The notes under the pieces were generated by a model. That model worked only from the letters and a program-made list of their open reading frames with translations, ran no database searches and was not told the DNA's origin. Positions 35,734 to 46,031 of a stretch of 64,000 nt of DNA are shown here, in pieces. The stretch lies in the NCBI GenBank assembly GCA_009924895.1, contig RFQR01000001.1, positions 79,575-143,574 of the forward strand, given 5' to 3'. The position numbers and the translations under genes were made by a program. This DNA comes from a bacterium (GTDB lineage: Bacteria > Patescibacteriota > Minisyncoccia > Phycocordibacterales > UBA2100). The number at the start of each line of letters is the position of its first letter. Positions within the stretch are counted from its first letter, which is position 1.

Positions 35734-36435
35734 ATGCAGCTCACGGTACTCATTCCAACGTATAACGAGGCGGGGAATATTGCGGATTTTCTTTCTGAAC
35801 TTTCTCGTGTAGCGCCCGATGCAAAATTGTTAGTGGTAGATGATAATTCCCCTGACGGCACCGGTACTATTGTGAAAGGTCTTGCCCTCAAAAATCCACA
35901 GATAGAACTTTTGCATCGTGAAAAAAAAGAGGGGCTGGGAAAAGCATATTTGCATGCATTTACTGAAGTGCTGCGAGACGCACGTACGGAATCAGTGCTA
36001 ATGATGGACGCTGATTTTTCACACGATCCAGAATATATTAGTCAGATGCGCGAAGCACTCACCGATGCAGATGTGGTTATTGGTTCTCGATACTGTGCGG
36101 GCGGTGCAACTGAAGGATGGGAGAGATGGCGCAAGGCATTGAGTAAGTATGGAAATCTTTACGCTGGTCTGATAACGCAAATGCCGGTACGTGATATGAC
36201 GGCTGGATTTTGTCTGATTCGCGCCTCGCTCCTGCGGAAACTTGATTTAAAGAGGCTCGGATCATCTGGATACGCGTTTCAAATTGAACTGAAATATCGT
36301 CTCTTTCAGGCGGGTGCACGTATTCGCGAAGTGCCCATTCATTTCAAAAATCGTCGAGAGGGAGAATCGAAAATCTCGCGTCATATCATTCGAGAGGGTA
36401 TTATTGCCCCATGGCTTCTCCGGTTCAAAAAATAG
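35734..36435 (+). CDS. Polyprenol monophosphomannose synthase (GT2)
   Basis: IPTYNE, VDDNSPDGT, KEGLGKAY, MDADFSHDP, GYAFQIE. Confidence 0.9.
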   Translation: MQLTVLIPTYNEAGNIADFLSELSRVAPDAKLLVVDDNSPDGTGTIVKGLALKNPQIELLHREKKEGLGKAYLHAFTEVLRDARTESVLMMDADFSHDPEYISQMREALTDADVVIGSRYCAGGATEGWERWRKALSKYGNLYAGLITQMPVRDMTAGFCLIRASLLRKLDLKRLGSSGYAFQIELKYRLFQAGARIREVPIHFKNRREGESKISRHIIREGIIAPWLLRFKK

Positions 36436-37274
36436 CGGCTTGTCCGCATTGCTTGCGGCAAGTAGTCTACTGGTTTAGCAAAAATTCATACCATCTCTAT
36501 CGTTGTTCTTGTGGTTTAGGTTTTGTACATCCGTTGCCGAATCCGAGTGAGGTGTACAGTACTGATTACTTCTCGGGCGCCCATGAAGGGTTTGGCTATG
36601 CGGACTACGATCGTGATAAGGAGGTGATGGTGCCAACGTTTCGTGAATACATTCGCCGCATTAAAGTACTTAAGCCAACGGGCTGTCTACTCGACATTGG
36701 TGCTGCAACAGGCTTTTTTCTCAACATCGCGCGTATGGAAGGGTTTCAGATTGAAGGAGTTGAGATTTCTATGTTTGCGGCTGAGCGTGCACGCGAAAAA
36801 GGGATTGTGATGCATACAGGAACACTTGAGACGTTTCGTTCAATTAAACAGTTTGATGTAATAACGATGCTCGATCTTCTCGAACATGTCACCGATCCAC
36901 AAGCACTGCTGAAACGTGCTCGAGATATGATGGGAGCGGGAGGTGTGCTTATTATCAATACTCCCGATTTTAGATCATGGTATGCGCGTATGCTGGGGAA
37001 AGGCTGGCATCTTATTGTTCCACCAGAGCATTTGTATTACTACACGCGACCAGTTTTGCGGGAGATGCTTGACCGAGCGGATTTTGAAATCGTTGAAATG
37101 ACCACAATTGGCAAAAAATTTACTCTGCCTTATATTTTCACCACACTCTATAAGTGGCTTGGGCTTTCGATTTTTGCGTCACTTTCGCACATGACTGAGC
37201 GCGGCGTGTTTGCGCGAATCGGCATCCCGATTAATCTCTATGACAACGTATTTATCATTGCTCGCGCAAAGTAA
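36411..37274 (+). CDS. Class I SAM methyltransferase with N-terminal Cys motif
   Basis: CPHC...C.CG, LLDIGAATG, LEHV.DP, PPEHLYY. Confidence 0.88.
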   Translation: MASPVQKIAACPHCLRQVVYWFSKNSYHLYRCSCGLGFVHPLPNPSEVYSTDYFSGAHEGFGYADYDRDKEVMVPTFREYIRRIKVLKPTGCLLDIGAATGFFLNIARMEGFQIEGVEISMFAAERAREKGIVMHTGTLETFRSIKQFDVITMLDLLEHVTDPQALLKRARDMMGAGGVLIINTPDFRSWYARMLGKGWHLIVPPEHLYYYTRPVLREMLDRADFEIVEMTTIGKKFTLPYIFTTLYKWLGLSIFASLSHMTERGVFARIGIPINLYDNVFIIARAK

Positions 37275-37278
37275 AGAG

Positions 37279-38934
37279 ATGCGCTCCATTCTACTTGGTG
37301 TGTGCATCACATGGTTTTTTTTGCTTGCTCCGTACGCGTACGTGCTGATGGCTTGGGGAACGTATTCGGTCCCGATTGAATTAGTCGACGATTCTCATTA
37401 CTATCTCGCGCGCATGGTCGCGGTTTCTCATGGATACCCGCTTATCGGGAATCCATATATCGCCGAACATGCGAATGATCCCGCCATTGCATTTTTTGGC
37501 GCTGATTGGCTTGGCGCCATACCACTGTTTTTGGGTTTTTCTGTGGTCGGCGCAGAGCTTTGGAATATTGTATTTTGGAGTGCTGCATCAGCGCTCTCGC
37601 TGTGGTATTTTGCACGTTCTTTTGCGTGGTCGTCCCGGCAGTATTTATTTTTAGTAAGTGTCGTTACGGTGTCCGCACTTCCTATGCTGTTACGACCGGT
37701 TGCAATGCAGATTGTCTTTCCGCTCTTTCTCGCATTTCTTGCCGCACTCAAAGGCTGGTTGGATGAGCCTCATAGCCATCGTCGTTCAGTACTCCTTGCA
37801 CTATTTTCGATTATTCCTTTTTATCTCTATACGTACTTTTGGCAGATTGTAGTTGTGGCGTTTGCGATTCTGCATCTAATTGCGTGGAAAAAAGCACAGT
37901 ACCGTATGCCGCTCTTTTGGGTTGACTGCGCGGTTGGTATTGGCGCTCTGCCGATGGCACTCTACACGCTGCATCAGCTTTCACTCCCGTTGTATTGGGA
38001 AACAGTCACACGAATCGGATTTGTCGCAACGCATACGTTCGGTTTTTCAGGAGTTCTCGCGGCGCTGTTTATTGTAGTTCCACTTTTTGCGCTATGGTTT
38101 TCTTATCGATCTTCACTCGATTCGTTTTGGGTGATTGTTGCGATCTCGTTGTGGGTAGCAGCGTGGAGTAATGTCATTTCAGGAAAAGATCTTGAAACTG
38201 CAGTTCACATGATGCGCTTTGTCATGGTATACGCCGTAAGTGCCAGTGTTGCGGTGCTTTTTTCTCTTGAAAATAAGAAAACCATAAGCATATACGCTGC
38301 TCTAATCTGTGTTGTGGTGGTAGGAGTATACCAACTTCATGACGTGTATCGTTTCTCGGCAGTCTTATCTTCTGACCCTCGCACGGGAGAGCAGTATGCG
38401 CCGTTGTTTACATGGCTAAACGAACATGCGCAAACGGGAGATGTCGTTCTCTCGCCGTATGATATTGGTCGGTACATGCCGATTATGACAACCCAGTTTG
38501 TTCTCTATCATCCGAACGCGGAGCTTTTTTTGATGTCAGACCGCGAGGTAGAAGACCGCTACCTCGCTTCGCATGTTTTTGACTCACTTACTTTGTCGGA
38601 TATTGAACGCGATTTTCGATTATATGCGGGTGCGGGCAATTCCTTGCATCAGTACAAAACTCATAATCGTGAAGTAACACTGTGTCGATGGTTGCAGCAA
38701 TCGGATTGTGGAGTATATGCAACAGAGTTCTCGTGGAGAGGGGAAGCATATTTTAGGTCTCTGCTCAATCGTTTCCAAGACATACAGCGGTCACCCTCTA
38801 AAACACTGCGAACATGGAATGTACGGTATGTTATTTTGGACTCAATAAAACTACCAAAATCAAACCTCCCCCTTCAGGTTCAGGTTGTGATTGGTCCGTA
38901 CACCATCTACCGAGTACCCGTTACGACTTCATGA
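37279..38934 (+). CDS. Polytopic membrane protein, probable GT-C fold transferase
   Basis: DDSHYYLAR near the N-terminus, many TM helices, WLNEH...DVVLS soluble domain. Confidence 0.7.
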   Translation: MRSILLGVCITWFFLLAPYAYVLMAWGTYSVPIELVDDSHYYLARMVAVSHGYPLIGNPYIAEHANDPAIAFFGADWLGAIPLFLGFSVVGAELWNIVFWSAASALSLWYFARSFAWSSRQYLFLVSVVTVSALPMLLRPVAMQIVFPLFLAFLAALKGWLDEPHSHRRSVLLALFSIIPFYLYTYFWQIVVVAFAILHLIAWKKAQYRMPLFWVDCAVGIGALPMALYTLHQLSLPLYWETVTRIGFVATHTFGFSGVLAALFIVVPLFALWFSYRSSLDSFWVIVAISLWVAAWSNVISGKDLETAVHMMRFVMVYAVSASVAVLFSLENKKTISIYAALICVVVVGVYQLHDVYRFSAVLSSDPRTGEQYAPLFTWLNEHAQTGDVVLSPYDIGRYMPIMTTQFVLYHPNAELFLMSDREVEDRYLASHVFDSLTLSDIERDFRLYAGAGNSLHQYKTHNREVTLCRWLQQSDCGVYATEFSWRGEAYFRSLLNRFQDIQRSPSKTLRTWNVRYVILDSIKLPKSNLPLQVQVVIGPYTIYRVPVTTS

Positions 38935-40168
38935 ACTGCCACGAAACTATCGCAGCGTTTCCGGCGCGATATATGATTTGTGCAATGACAGCGCCCATAA
39001 TCCCATAGAGCGGAACGAGGATAAGGATGGATGCAATTAAAATAATCGAAGGGCCATTGGTGACGATGTAGAGGGCACGTGTTTTTTTGTGTGCCGTCAA
39101 AGAAGCAAGAAGCATGGGCGGAATTGCAGAAAAGACAATAGAAAGTGCATACCATTGTGAATACTGCACAGAATCGAGGTACACAGGAAAGAATACTCGA
39201 AACAACAGTGGAGCAATCAGGATATAAAGACCAATACAGGCAAACGTAAACAACGAGAGGAGGAGTATTTTTCGCCAGAGTGTAACGCGCAGTTCTTCGA
39301 GTGGTCGACCGGTAAGTTTTGGTAATGAGAGGCCATAGAAATTTTTGAGCACACCTTTGAGTTGTTCAGGAGCGGCGCCTGCGAATGCATAGGTTGCCAA
39401 TTGTACAGGACCAAGAAGTGAAAAGATAATTATACTGTCGAACTTGTCAGCAATTGCCGCCAAAATATTCATCACACTGAGATGAGAACTGTAGTGGAGT
39501 AGTTCAGGGTCGGTGATGGTGTTGCGTGCGTGCGTGCGTGCCTTCCAAAAAAAGTATCCTGAAGCAATTGTTTTTGCAAGAAAATAAGTGCCGACCAAAA
39601 TAATCGCTCGTTCGCCCAAAAAAAGTGCGGCAATCATGGCAATGAAGGTAAACGTATTTGTTCCAATGAGAGAAAGAGAGCCGCGGGCAAAGTCTTTTTG
39701 GGCGAAGAAAAAACCAGCAAAGGGTGAGAGTGCTGACAATAGCGGTTGGAGAAAGGCGACAATAATCAAGGCGCTCGCCAGATATCCGTTACCAAGAAAT
39801 CCATAATAGGCGCTGGCACCTAAGGAGAGTAAGACAAAAGGCAGGCTCCATTTGATTTGCAGTTTAAATGACTGCACGAGTGTCCCGTCGAGTCCTCGTG
39901 CGACTGATTGCGACATGGCATCGCCAAGTCCCGAGAGCGAAATGGCCCCGAACATGGCGGCGAGCGATAACACGTATTTATAGTTACCGTACATGTCTTT
40001 GCTTGCAAAATGCCCAAACGCAATAGCGAGGCTCATTGAGAGCGCGATGCCAACCGCTTGTTCAAGTACGAGCCAAAACCCGCCGGAAGCCAAATACACC
40101 ATGTCGGTTTTGGTATAGCGCTCGCTCCAGCGCAGGATACTGTAAGTAGAGGCACGCAACTTATCCAT
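38921..40168 (-). CDS. Wzx-like oligosaccharide flippase
   Basis: Start MDKLR at 40168; YGNYKY, DKFDSIII...LGPVQLATY; many TM helices. Confidence 0.88.
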   Translation of the reverse strand: MDKLRASTYSILRWSERYTKTDMVYLASGGFWLVLEQAVGIALSMSLAIAFGHFASKDMYGNYKYVLSLAAMFGAISLSGLGDAMSQSVARGLDGTLVQSFKLQIKWSLPFVLLSLGASAYYGFLGNGYLASALIIVAFLQPLLSALSPFAGFFFAQKDFARGSLSLIGTNTFTFIAMIAALFLGERAIILVGTYFLAKTIASGYFFWKARTHARNTITDPELLHYSSHLSVMNILAAIADKFDSIIIFSLLGPVQLATYAFAGAAPEQLKGVLKNFYGLSLPKLTGRPLEELRVTLWRKILLLSLFTFACIGLYILIAPLLFRVFFPVYLDSVQYSQWYALSIVFSAIPPMLLASLTAHKKTRALYIVTNGPSIILIASILILVPLYGIMGAVIAQIIYRAGNAAIVSWQFMKS

Positions 40169-40212
40169 ACCGGCATGGTAGCGCGAAAAAAGTAGACTTG
40201 GTAGCATAGAGC

Positions 40213-40599
40213 ATGCAAATTCCGCAGACAGCTCGATTCTTAATTGCCGGGTCGACAGGTGCTGTGGTAAATCTCTCAACGTTTTATGTGCTCGAGCAGA
40301 TATGGGATGTATGGTACATAACGGCATCTGTCTTTGCATTTTTATTAGCCTTCGTTGTTGGCTTTCTATTGCAGCGATTCTGGACGTTCGAATACACCGG
40401 GAGTGATGACTTCCATCGACATGCACTGATGTATTTTGTAACCGCGTTGGTGAATGTTGGGATTAACGCGGGCATTGTTGCGATTCTTGTTGAACGGTGG
40501 TCTCTCTGGCCCTTGTTTGCGCAAGCGCTCGCTGGTACAATTGTTGCAGTATGGAGTTTCTTTATCTACCGATATGTTATCTTTGTTGAAAAGATATGA
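40213..40599 (+). CDS. GtrA family protein
   Basis: RFLIAG, FLLQRFWTF, four TM helices, FFIYRYVIF. Confidence 0.9.
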   Translation: MQIPQTARFLIAGSTGAVVNLSTFYVLEQIWDVWYITASVFAFLLAFVVGFLLQRFWTFEYTGSDDFHRHALMYFVTALVNVGINAGIVAILVERWSLWPLFAQALAGTIVAVWSFFIYRYVIFVEKI

Positions 40600-41090
40600 A
40601 GAAAAAAAATAAAAAAACAGTGGCAAAAAATGCAAAACCAAAGTGGGTTGCGGTTTCGGGTGGTTTTGACCCCATCCATATCGGGCACGTCCGCATGTTT
40701 CAACAAGCGCGCAAATATGGCGATAAACTTGTTGTGATTTTAAATAACGATAATTGGCTAGAGGCGAAAAAAGGATATGCATTCATGAATGAAAAAGAAC
40801 GCGCCGAACTCATCAGTGCATTTCCAGAAGTCGACAAGGTGGTGATTACTTCACATATAAAAAACGACTCAGATCGTAGTGTGTGTCGTGAGCTTGCTAA
40901 ATTAAAGCCAGCAGTATTTGCCAATGGTGGGGATCGAAAGCCAGATGGTGATCCGGTTCCCGAAGTTGAGCTCTGCAGTAAGCTCGGTATTAAGATGGTC
41001 TACAACATCGGCAAGGGAGGTAAGGTGCAGTCATCCTCCTGGCTGGTAAATGCTGCAATCGAGAACGCAGCAAGAAACAGGAAAGGCTAG
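40596..41090 (+). CDS. Cytidylyltransferase/adenylyltransferase family (TagD/RfaE-like)
   Basis: SGGFDPIHIGH (HxGH), FANGGDR, KVQSSS. Confidence 0.88.
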   Translation: MKKKNKKTVAKNAKPKWVAVSGGFDPIHIGHVRMFQQARKYGDKLVVILNNDNWLEAKKGYAFMNEKERAELISAFPEVDKVVITSHIKNDSDRSVCRELAKLKPAVFANGGDRKPDGDPVPEVELCSKLGIKMVYNIGKGGKVQSSSWLVNAAIENAARNRKG

Positions 41091-41136
41091 TGGTCAACTC
41101 TAGCGGCAGGGCGGGGGGTCTGATAGCATACAGTGC

Positions 41137-43470
41137 ATGTCACTTGAAAAAGTATTGCGCGCTGTGGTCTTAACTGGAGTCTTTGCGCTCCCTTTTATTC
41201 CTTTTATTGTCTCATCAAACCTCTTCTTCCCGTTTATTACCGGTAAGAATTTTGCATTTCGTTTATTTGTTGAGATTGCAGTAGGAGCGTGGCTTGCGCT
41301 CGCTTTTGTACATCCGCAGTATCGACCGCGCCGCTCGTTTGTATTAGGTGCGTTCGTGTTTTATGCAGCCGCACTCCTCCTTTCTGCACTCTTTAGCTTC
41401 AATCCGGTTCGCAGTATCTGGAGTAATTACGAACGCATGGAGGGGTGGATAACGATTGCACACCTGGTTGCGTATCTTACCGTTTGTTTGTCGGTCATGA
41501 CGAGCGAGCGTTTGTGGCGCAATTGGTGGATGGTCTCAATGCTCGCGTCTATCGGCATCGGTCTCTTTGGGGTATTGCAGCTCATGGGAGCTCTTACCAT
41601 CAACCAGGGGGGTATTCGTCTCGATGCGACTCTTGGTAATGCGACCTATCTTGGCGTATACATGCTCTTTCACATCTTCATTGCCGTGCTCTATCTCGTT
41701 CGAGAAGGTGGTGAGTACTGGAATACGACCGAAAAAGCGGTTGTCGGTGGAGCTGCGCTTCTTTGGCTGCTCTCGGTCTTGAGCCTCCTTCAAGGTCAAC
41801 TTTCAATTGGTAAACCATTCTTTGTCCAATTTCTTCTCGCTGGTTTTGGTTTTTTGCTAGTACTGACTTTGAGACGATCGTATGCACTCTCAGCACTTAT
41901 CGCTCTTGCAGCGACCATTCTATTTTTCACCGCGACCCGTGGTGCAATGGTGGGTCTTGCAGGTGGAGCGTTTCTCGCGGCGATTACCTATGTTGTGCTT
42001 GAGCCCTGCTCGCGAATGGCATGGCGAACTGGTGTTGCAGTTATCGCAGCTCTTGCGCTTGTTGGAATGTTTTATCTCGGCCGTGAATCGACGTTTGTAC
42101 GAAATATCGAGCCACTCCAGCGACTTGCTACCATGTCGATTTCTGATAGCAGCTTTACGGGTCGTTTGGTGAACTGGAGTATGGCATGGAATGGCGTTAA
42201 GGAACGTCCGATTCTCGGTTGGGGTCAAGAAAACTACGGCCTCGTCTTTAACAAATACTTTGATCCGCGCATGTATGGGCAAGAGCCGTGGTTTGATCGA
42301 GTCCATGAAGTCGTACTTGATCAGCTTATCGCGGGCGGTATGGTAGGACTTCTTGCATACCTCTCGCTGTATCTCGCGGCACTATACTGTCTGTGGCGCA
42401 GTGGCGCGTTTGACTCGGTTGAGAAAAGTATTCTCACTGGTCTTCTTGCGGGATACTTTTTCTATCTCGTGTTTACGTTCGACAATATAACGAGTTGGGT
42501 GTTGTTTGTCTCTCTCCTTGCATTTATTGCAGTGCGTGCGGCGCTTGCACAACAATCGCGCGTCGTATTTACTTCCGGCGGTATGCCACTGCAGTCGCTT
42601 CCTATGGTGGCGGTTGTTGTATCGGTTGCCACGGTCGCAAGCATTTGGTACCTCAATGGTCCTGCGTATCTCGCTAATCGCGAATTAATTCAAGCGGTCA
42701 CGCCGCAGCGCGGAGGCGTTATCGTAAACTACGATCACTTTACCAAAGCGCTCTCGTATAACGCTCTCGGAATGCAAGAAATTCGTGAGCACCTCGCACA
42801 GGGCACGGCGCAGCTTGCAAACGCACAAAGTGTCTCTGAGGACGTCAAGAAGAAGTTCTATGATTTGGCAACCGGCGAGATGCTTACTATGCAAAAGCAG
42901 GTGCCGCTTGAGGCGCGCTTCCCGCTCTTTTTGGGCATGGTCTACACTGCGTATGGCCAGTTTGATTTGAGTGGGCAAGAGTACCAGAAAGCGCTCGCAA
43001 TCTCTCCAAAGAAAATTGATATCTTGTTCCAAGCTGGCGCGAACGCCTTGAACGCAAAGAAGAATGACCAAGCGCTTGCGTACTTCAAACAAGCGTATGA
43101 GCTGGTGCCGAACAATGATGATGCTCGCACGCTCTACGTCGCGATGGCAATTCAAGTCGGTAAACTTGATCTTGCAAAAGAGCTTACTGTGCCGCTCATG
43201 GCAAGCGACAAACTGTACCAGTCGCGTGTCATGAATGCCTATGCGGCAGGGAAGTATTACAAAGAAGTGATTGCGATTGTTCAAAATCACATCAAGTTGA
43301 AACCCTATGATCCGCAGGCCCGTTTCACGCTGGCAGCGGCATACTATCTGGCAGGCGATAAACAAACAGCAATAAAGACACTGCAAGAGGCTGCGCAGCA
43401 GTTGCCAGACATTGCTCAACAAGCGAACCAGCTTGTCGATCAAATCAAAAAAGGCACGATAAAGATTTAG
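41137..43470 (+). CDS. O-antigen ligase-like membrane protein with C-terminal TPRs
   Basis: TLGNATYLG, TATRGA, RPILGWGQEN, FDRVH, then TPR helices. Confidence 0.88.
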   Translation: MSLEKVLRAVVLTGVFALPFIPFIVSSNLFFPFITGKNFAFRLFVEIAVGAWLALAFVHPQYRPRRSFVLGAFVFYAAALLLSALFSFNPVRSIWSNYERMEGWITIAHLVAYLTVCLSVMTSERLWRNWWMVSMLASIGIGLFGVLQLMGALTINQGGIRLDATLGNATYLGVYMLFHIFIAVLYLVREGGEYWNTTEKAVVGGAALLWLLSVLSLLQGQLSIGKPFFVQFLLAGFGFLLVLTLRRSYALSALIALAATILFFTATRGAMVGLAGGAFLAAITYVVLEPCSRMAWRTGVAVIAALALVGMFYLGRESTFVRNIEPLQRLATMSISDSSFTGRLVNWSMAWNGVKERPILGWGQENYGLVFNKYFDPRMYGQEPWFDRVHEVVLDQLIAGGMVGLLAYLSLYLAALYCLWRSGAFDSVEKSILTGLLAGYFFYLVFTFDNITSWVLFVSLLAFIAVRAALAQQSRVVFTSGGMPLQSLPMVAVVVSVATVASIWYLNGPAYLANRELIQAVTPQRGGVIVNYDHFTKALSYNALGMQEIREHLAQGTAQLANAQSVSEDVKKKFYDLATGEMLTMQKQVPLEARFPLFLGMVYTAYGQFDLSGQEYQKALAISPKKIDILFQAGANALNAKKNDQALAYFKQAYELVPNNDDARTLYVAMAIQVGKLDLAKELTVPLMASDKLYQSRVMNAYAAGKYYKEVIAIVQNHIKLKPYDPQARFTLAAAYYLAGDKQTAIKTLQEAAQQLPDIAQQANQLVDQIKKGTIKI

Positions 43471-43472
43471 AT

Positions 43473-43907
43473 ATGACCGAGCGGATGCTCTGTGCAGGTG
43501 GCATCGTCCTTAATACCGAAGGCAAGCTCGCACTTGTTATGAGTGGTCCGAAGGACGATGCGTTCTGGGGTTTCCCGAAAGGGCATGTTGATGCTGGTGA
43601 GGACGTGAGGGGAGCGGCGCAGCGAGAAATAGAAGAGGAGACAGGACTCACGCACCTTACGTTTGTGCGCGAGCTTGGTTTCTATGAGCGATTTCGCGGA
43701 ACAAAAGGCGGGGGAGATGACACGAGCGAGCTCAAAGAAATTCACATGTTTCTGTTTCGTACCGACGAAATGGTACTTGCGCCGAACGATGAGTGGAACC
43801 CCGAGGCGCGCTGGGTTAGCGTCGATGAAGCGCTTGCACTCATCACGCATCCAAAAGATCGCGCATTTTGTGAGCGTATTCGTGGATTGATAGAGGCTGG
43901 AAAATAG
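43473..43907 (+). CDS. NUDIX hydrolase
   Basis: WGFPKGHVDAGEDVRGAAQREIEEETGL (Nudix box). Confidence 0.92.
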   Translation: MTERMLCAGGIVLNTEGKLALVMSGPKDDAFWGFPKGHVDAGEDVRGAAQREIEEETGLTHLTFVRELGFYERFRGTKGGGDDTSELKEIHMFLFRTDEMVLAPNDEWNPEARWVSVDEALALITHPKDRAFCERIRGLIEAGK

Positions 43908-43925
43908 AGTACATTTCTTGGTACT

Positions 43926-43999
43926 GTCGGGGTAGCTCAGCCGGTTAGAGCGAGCGTTTCATAAGCGCTAGGTCGAGAGTTCGAGTCTCTCCCCCGACA
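43926..43999 (+). tRNA. tRNA with CAT anticodon (elongator Met or Ile2; not initiator)
   Basis: GTCGGGG/CCCCGAC-A acceptor, GCTC/GAGC D stem, AGCGT-TT CAT AA-GCGCT, GAGAG-TTCGAGT-CTCTC. Confidence 0.93.
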
Positions 44000-44474
44000 C
44001 AAAATGAGAGACCAAATCGGTTTCGGTGGTTTTTTCTGCGGTGGCGGGCAGAAAAAACCACGGATTTTCGGGCACGCCGCGCGCTTCGCGCGCGACGAGG
44101 GTGAGGTTCGAGCCGAAGATTTTTTGGAGGGCTGCTTTTTTGGAGGGGAGGTCATTAGATTGTGCCGCTTCGTCCAATAACAAAGCGTCTTTTATCCATT
44201 TCCGCATAGGTTCGAGCCACGCGGCGGCGTTCCGTTCCAAGCGCAAGATATTCTCTTGTGCCGACCTCTTTTGAGACATCAACTCGCGCTTGCGAGATAG
44301 ATATTCTTCTCTCTCAAGATCTTGCTCCACAAAGAGGTCGGTGATTCGGGCGATTTTGCCGTCCAAATCATCAATCTTTGCCCGCATCGCTTGAACGGAC
44401 GCCGCCGTTTGAACGGCGTTAGCCGCGTCTTTCGTAGCCATACGATCTAACTCTTCTGCCCACTCGCGCGGAAA
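43968..44474 (-). pseudogene. C-terminal remnant of a large serine recombinase reading into the tRNA 3' end
   Basis: PREWAEEL, coiled coil, DLEREEY, WLEPMRKWI, LQKIFGSNLTL. No catalytic domain. Confidence 0.75.
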
Positions 44475-44478
44475 GTGA

Positions 44479-44811
44479 ATTACTACTGAAATTTACGACA
44501 GAAAAAGTAAAGAATATGGAAACACACTTGAAAGATTACAAATGGAATACAAAGAGCATATTACAGCAGACACAGACTATAAAAACACTTTAATATCAGT
44601 AATAAATCTGGCAAAGAACGCAAAGACCTTGTTTGAAAGTTCTGAACCAAAGGAAAAACAGCAAATTATTAAATATCTTGTTCAGAACTACCAAGTAGAT
44701 GGAAAAACTCCATATTTTACAATAACAAAACCATTTAATTGGCTACTTAAAATAGCAGATGAACCAACTTGGCTGGCACATATGACGACCATCTCTCAGA
44801 AGAAGGTATAA
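44479..44811 (+). pseudogene. C-terminal remnant of a second, AT-rich large serine recombinase
   Basis: ITTEIYDRKSKEY...LFESSEPKEKQQII.YLVQNY.VDGK....ITKPF...PTW. Abrupt composition change at ~44478. Confidence 0.7.
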
Positions 44812-45338
44812 AACAAGTTCGACCTCTTGCAGCAAAGATGTCGCAGAAAGGAATACAGAAAATATTCTCTAGTCCACTTATTCGCGCACGAGAAACAGCA
44901 ACTATTCTTGCGGACTCGATTGACTGCTCGGTTGAAACTGTTGACGATTTGAAAGAACGAAACCAGTACGGTATTTTGGCTGGAATAAAAAAAGAAGAGG
45001 CGCAAGAGCGGTATCCTGAGCTTGTTGAGAATCTGAAAGATCGCATGAATATTATACAAGGCGCGGAATCATACGAGAACTTTCGTAACCATGTGGTTAG
45101 TGGGATAGAAACCGTGCTCGCGAAATCTGAGCAAGAGAATCTTCAGATCGTAGCTGTTGTCTGGCACGGCGGTCCGATGCGTGTCCTCTTTCGCGATTAT
45201 TTGAAATGGGGAGATCTCACGACGACAGAGGACTGCTGTTGGGCAGAATTTGGTATTGAACAAGGTGTCTGGAGGACTACCGTCTCAGAAGGCATCACGT
45301 TTGCTTTTGATACTGAAATAAGCAATGACGTCAGTTAG
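44769..45338 (+). pseudogene. Histidine phosphatase (phosphoglycerate mutase family) lacking the N-terminal RHG motif
   Basis: DDHLSEEG, FSSPLIRARETA, LKERNQYG, GAESY, VWHGG are present; RHG is absent. Confidence 0.75.
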
Positions 45339-45413
45339 TTAGGAACAAGGTGCCCCAGGCACAGTAAGTGGCAATCACTTTTGCATCCTTGAAAAATTGG
45401 GTACTATAGAGGC

Positions 45414-46031
45414 ATGGCTAAATACATCATCAGTGGAATTATTCTTATCATACTTGCAGTGGGTGGGGGATATTACCTTCAAAATAAAAATGCCATCGCA
45501 TCTGCACCGGTTCCTGTAATCGAGCAGCCGCAACCGTTTGTGGCATCGACGAGTACCTACGCATCATCGTCATATTCAATCGTCTATCCAAACGAGTTTA
45601 TAAAAAATGAGAACTATGTGAACGATGCGTTTGGTCCAAAAAAATTGATTCATGGCGTGCAGTTCACTATTTCAGAGTCGATGGCAACTGGTACGAATCT
45701 TGCTATGAGCGATACCGGGGTTTCGGTAGAGCAGCTTCCACGCGCACAAAAATGCTCTGGCGATATTTACCTCAAAGAGAACGTGAAAGCGCAAACCGTG
45801 AATGAAAATGGTGTTGAATATTCTCTCGCGACCACGACGCGCGAAGTAGGCGGAGCAGTCGTTGAAGAAATGGTATACACACTCACTGCAAGTAAGCCCT
45901 GCACCGCACTGCGGTACCGAATCACGCTTCTCGACCTGGGTCCTGCAGCGACGAGCACTCGTGAATACGACCGCACCGCACTCCTCAAAGAATTCGACAG
46001 TATTCGTTTCTCGCTCAAGCTCGCGCAGTGA
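45414..46031 (+). CDS. Membrane-anchored extracellular hypothetical protein
   Basis: N-terminal TM helix, YSIVYP, paired Cys; TACTAT 6 nt upstream of ATG. Confidence 0.75.
   Translation: MAKYIISGIILIILAVGGGYYLQNKNAIASAPVPVIEQPQPFVASTSTYASSSYSIVYPNEFIKNENYVNDAFGPKKLIHGVQFTISESMATGTNLAMSDTGVSVEQLPRAQKCSGDIYLKENVKAQTVNENGVEYSLATTTREVGGAVVEEMVYTLTASKPCTALRYRITLLDLGPAATSTREYDRTALLKEFDSIRFSLKLAQ

Noticed and set aside
45353-45363. Possible distal att copy of the tRNA(CAT) 3' end (CCCCAGGCACA versus CCCCCGACACA)
   Set aside because: Only a 9/11 match, too short to separate from chance without an empty-site comparison.
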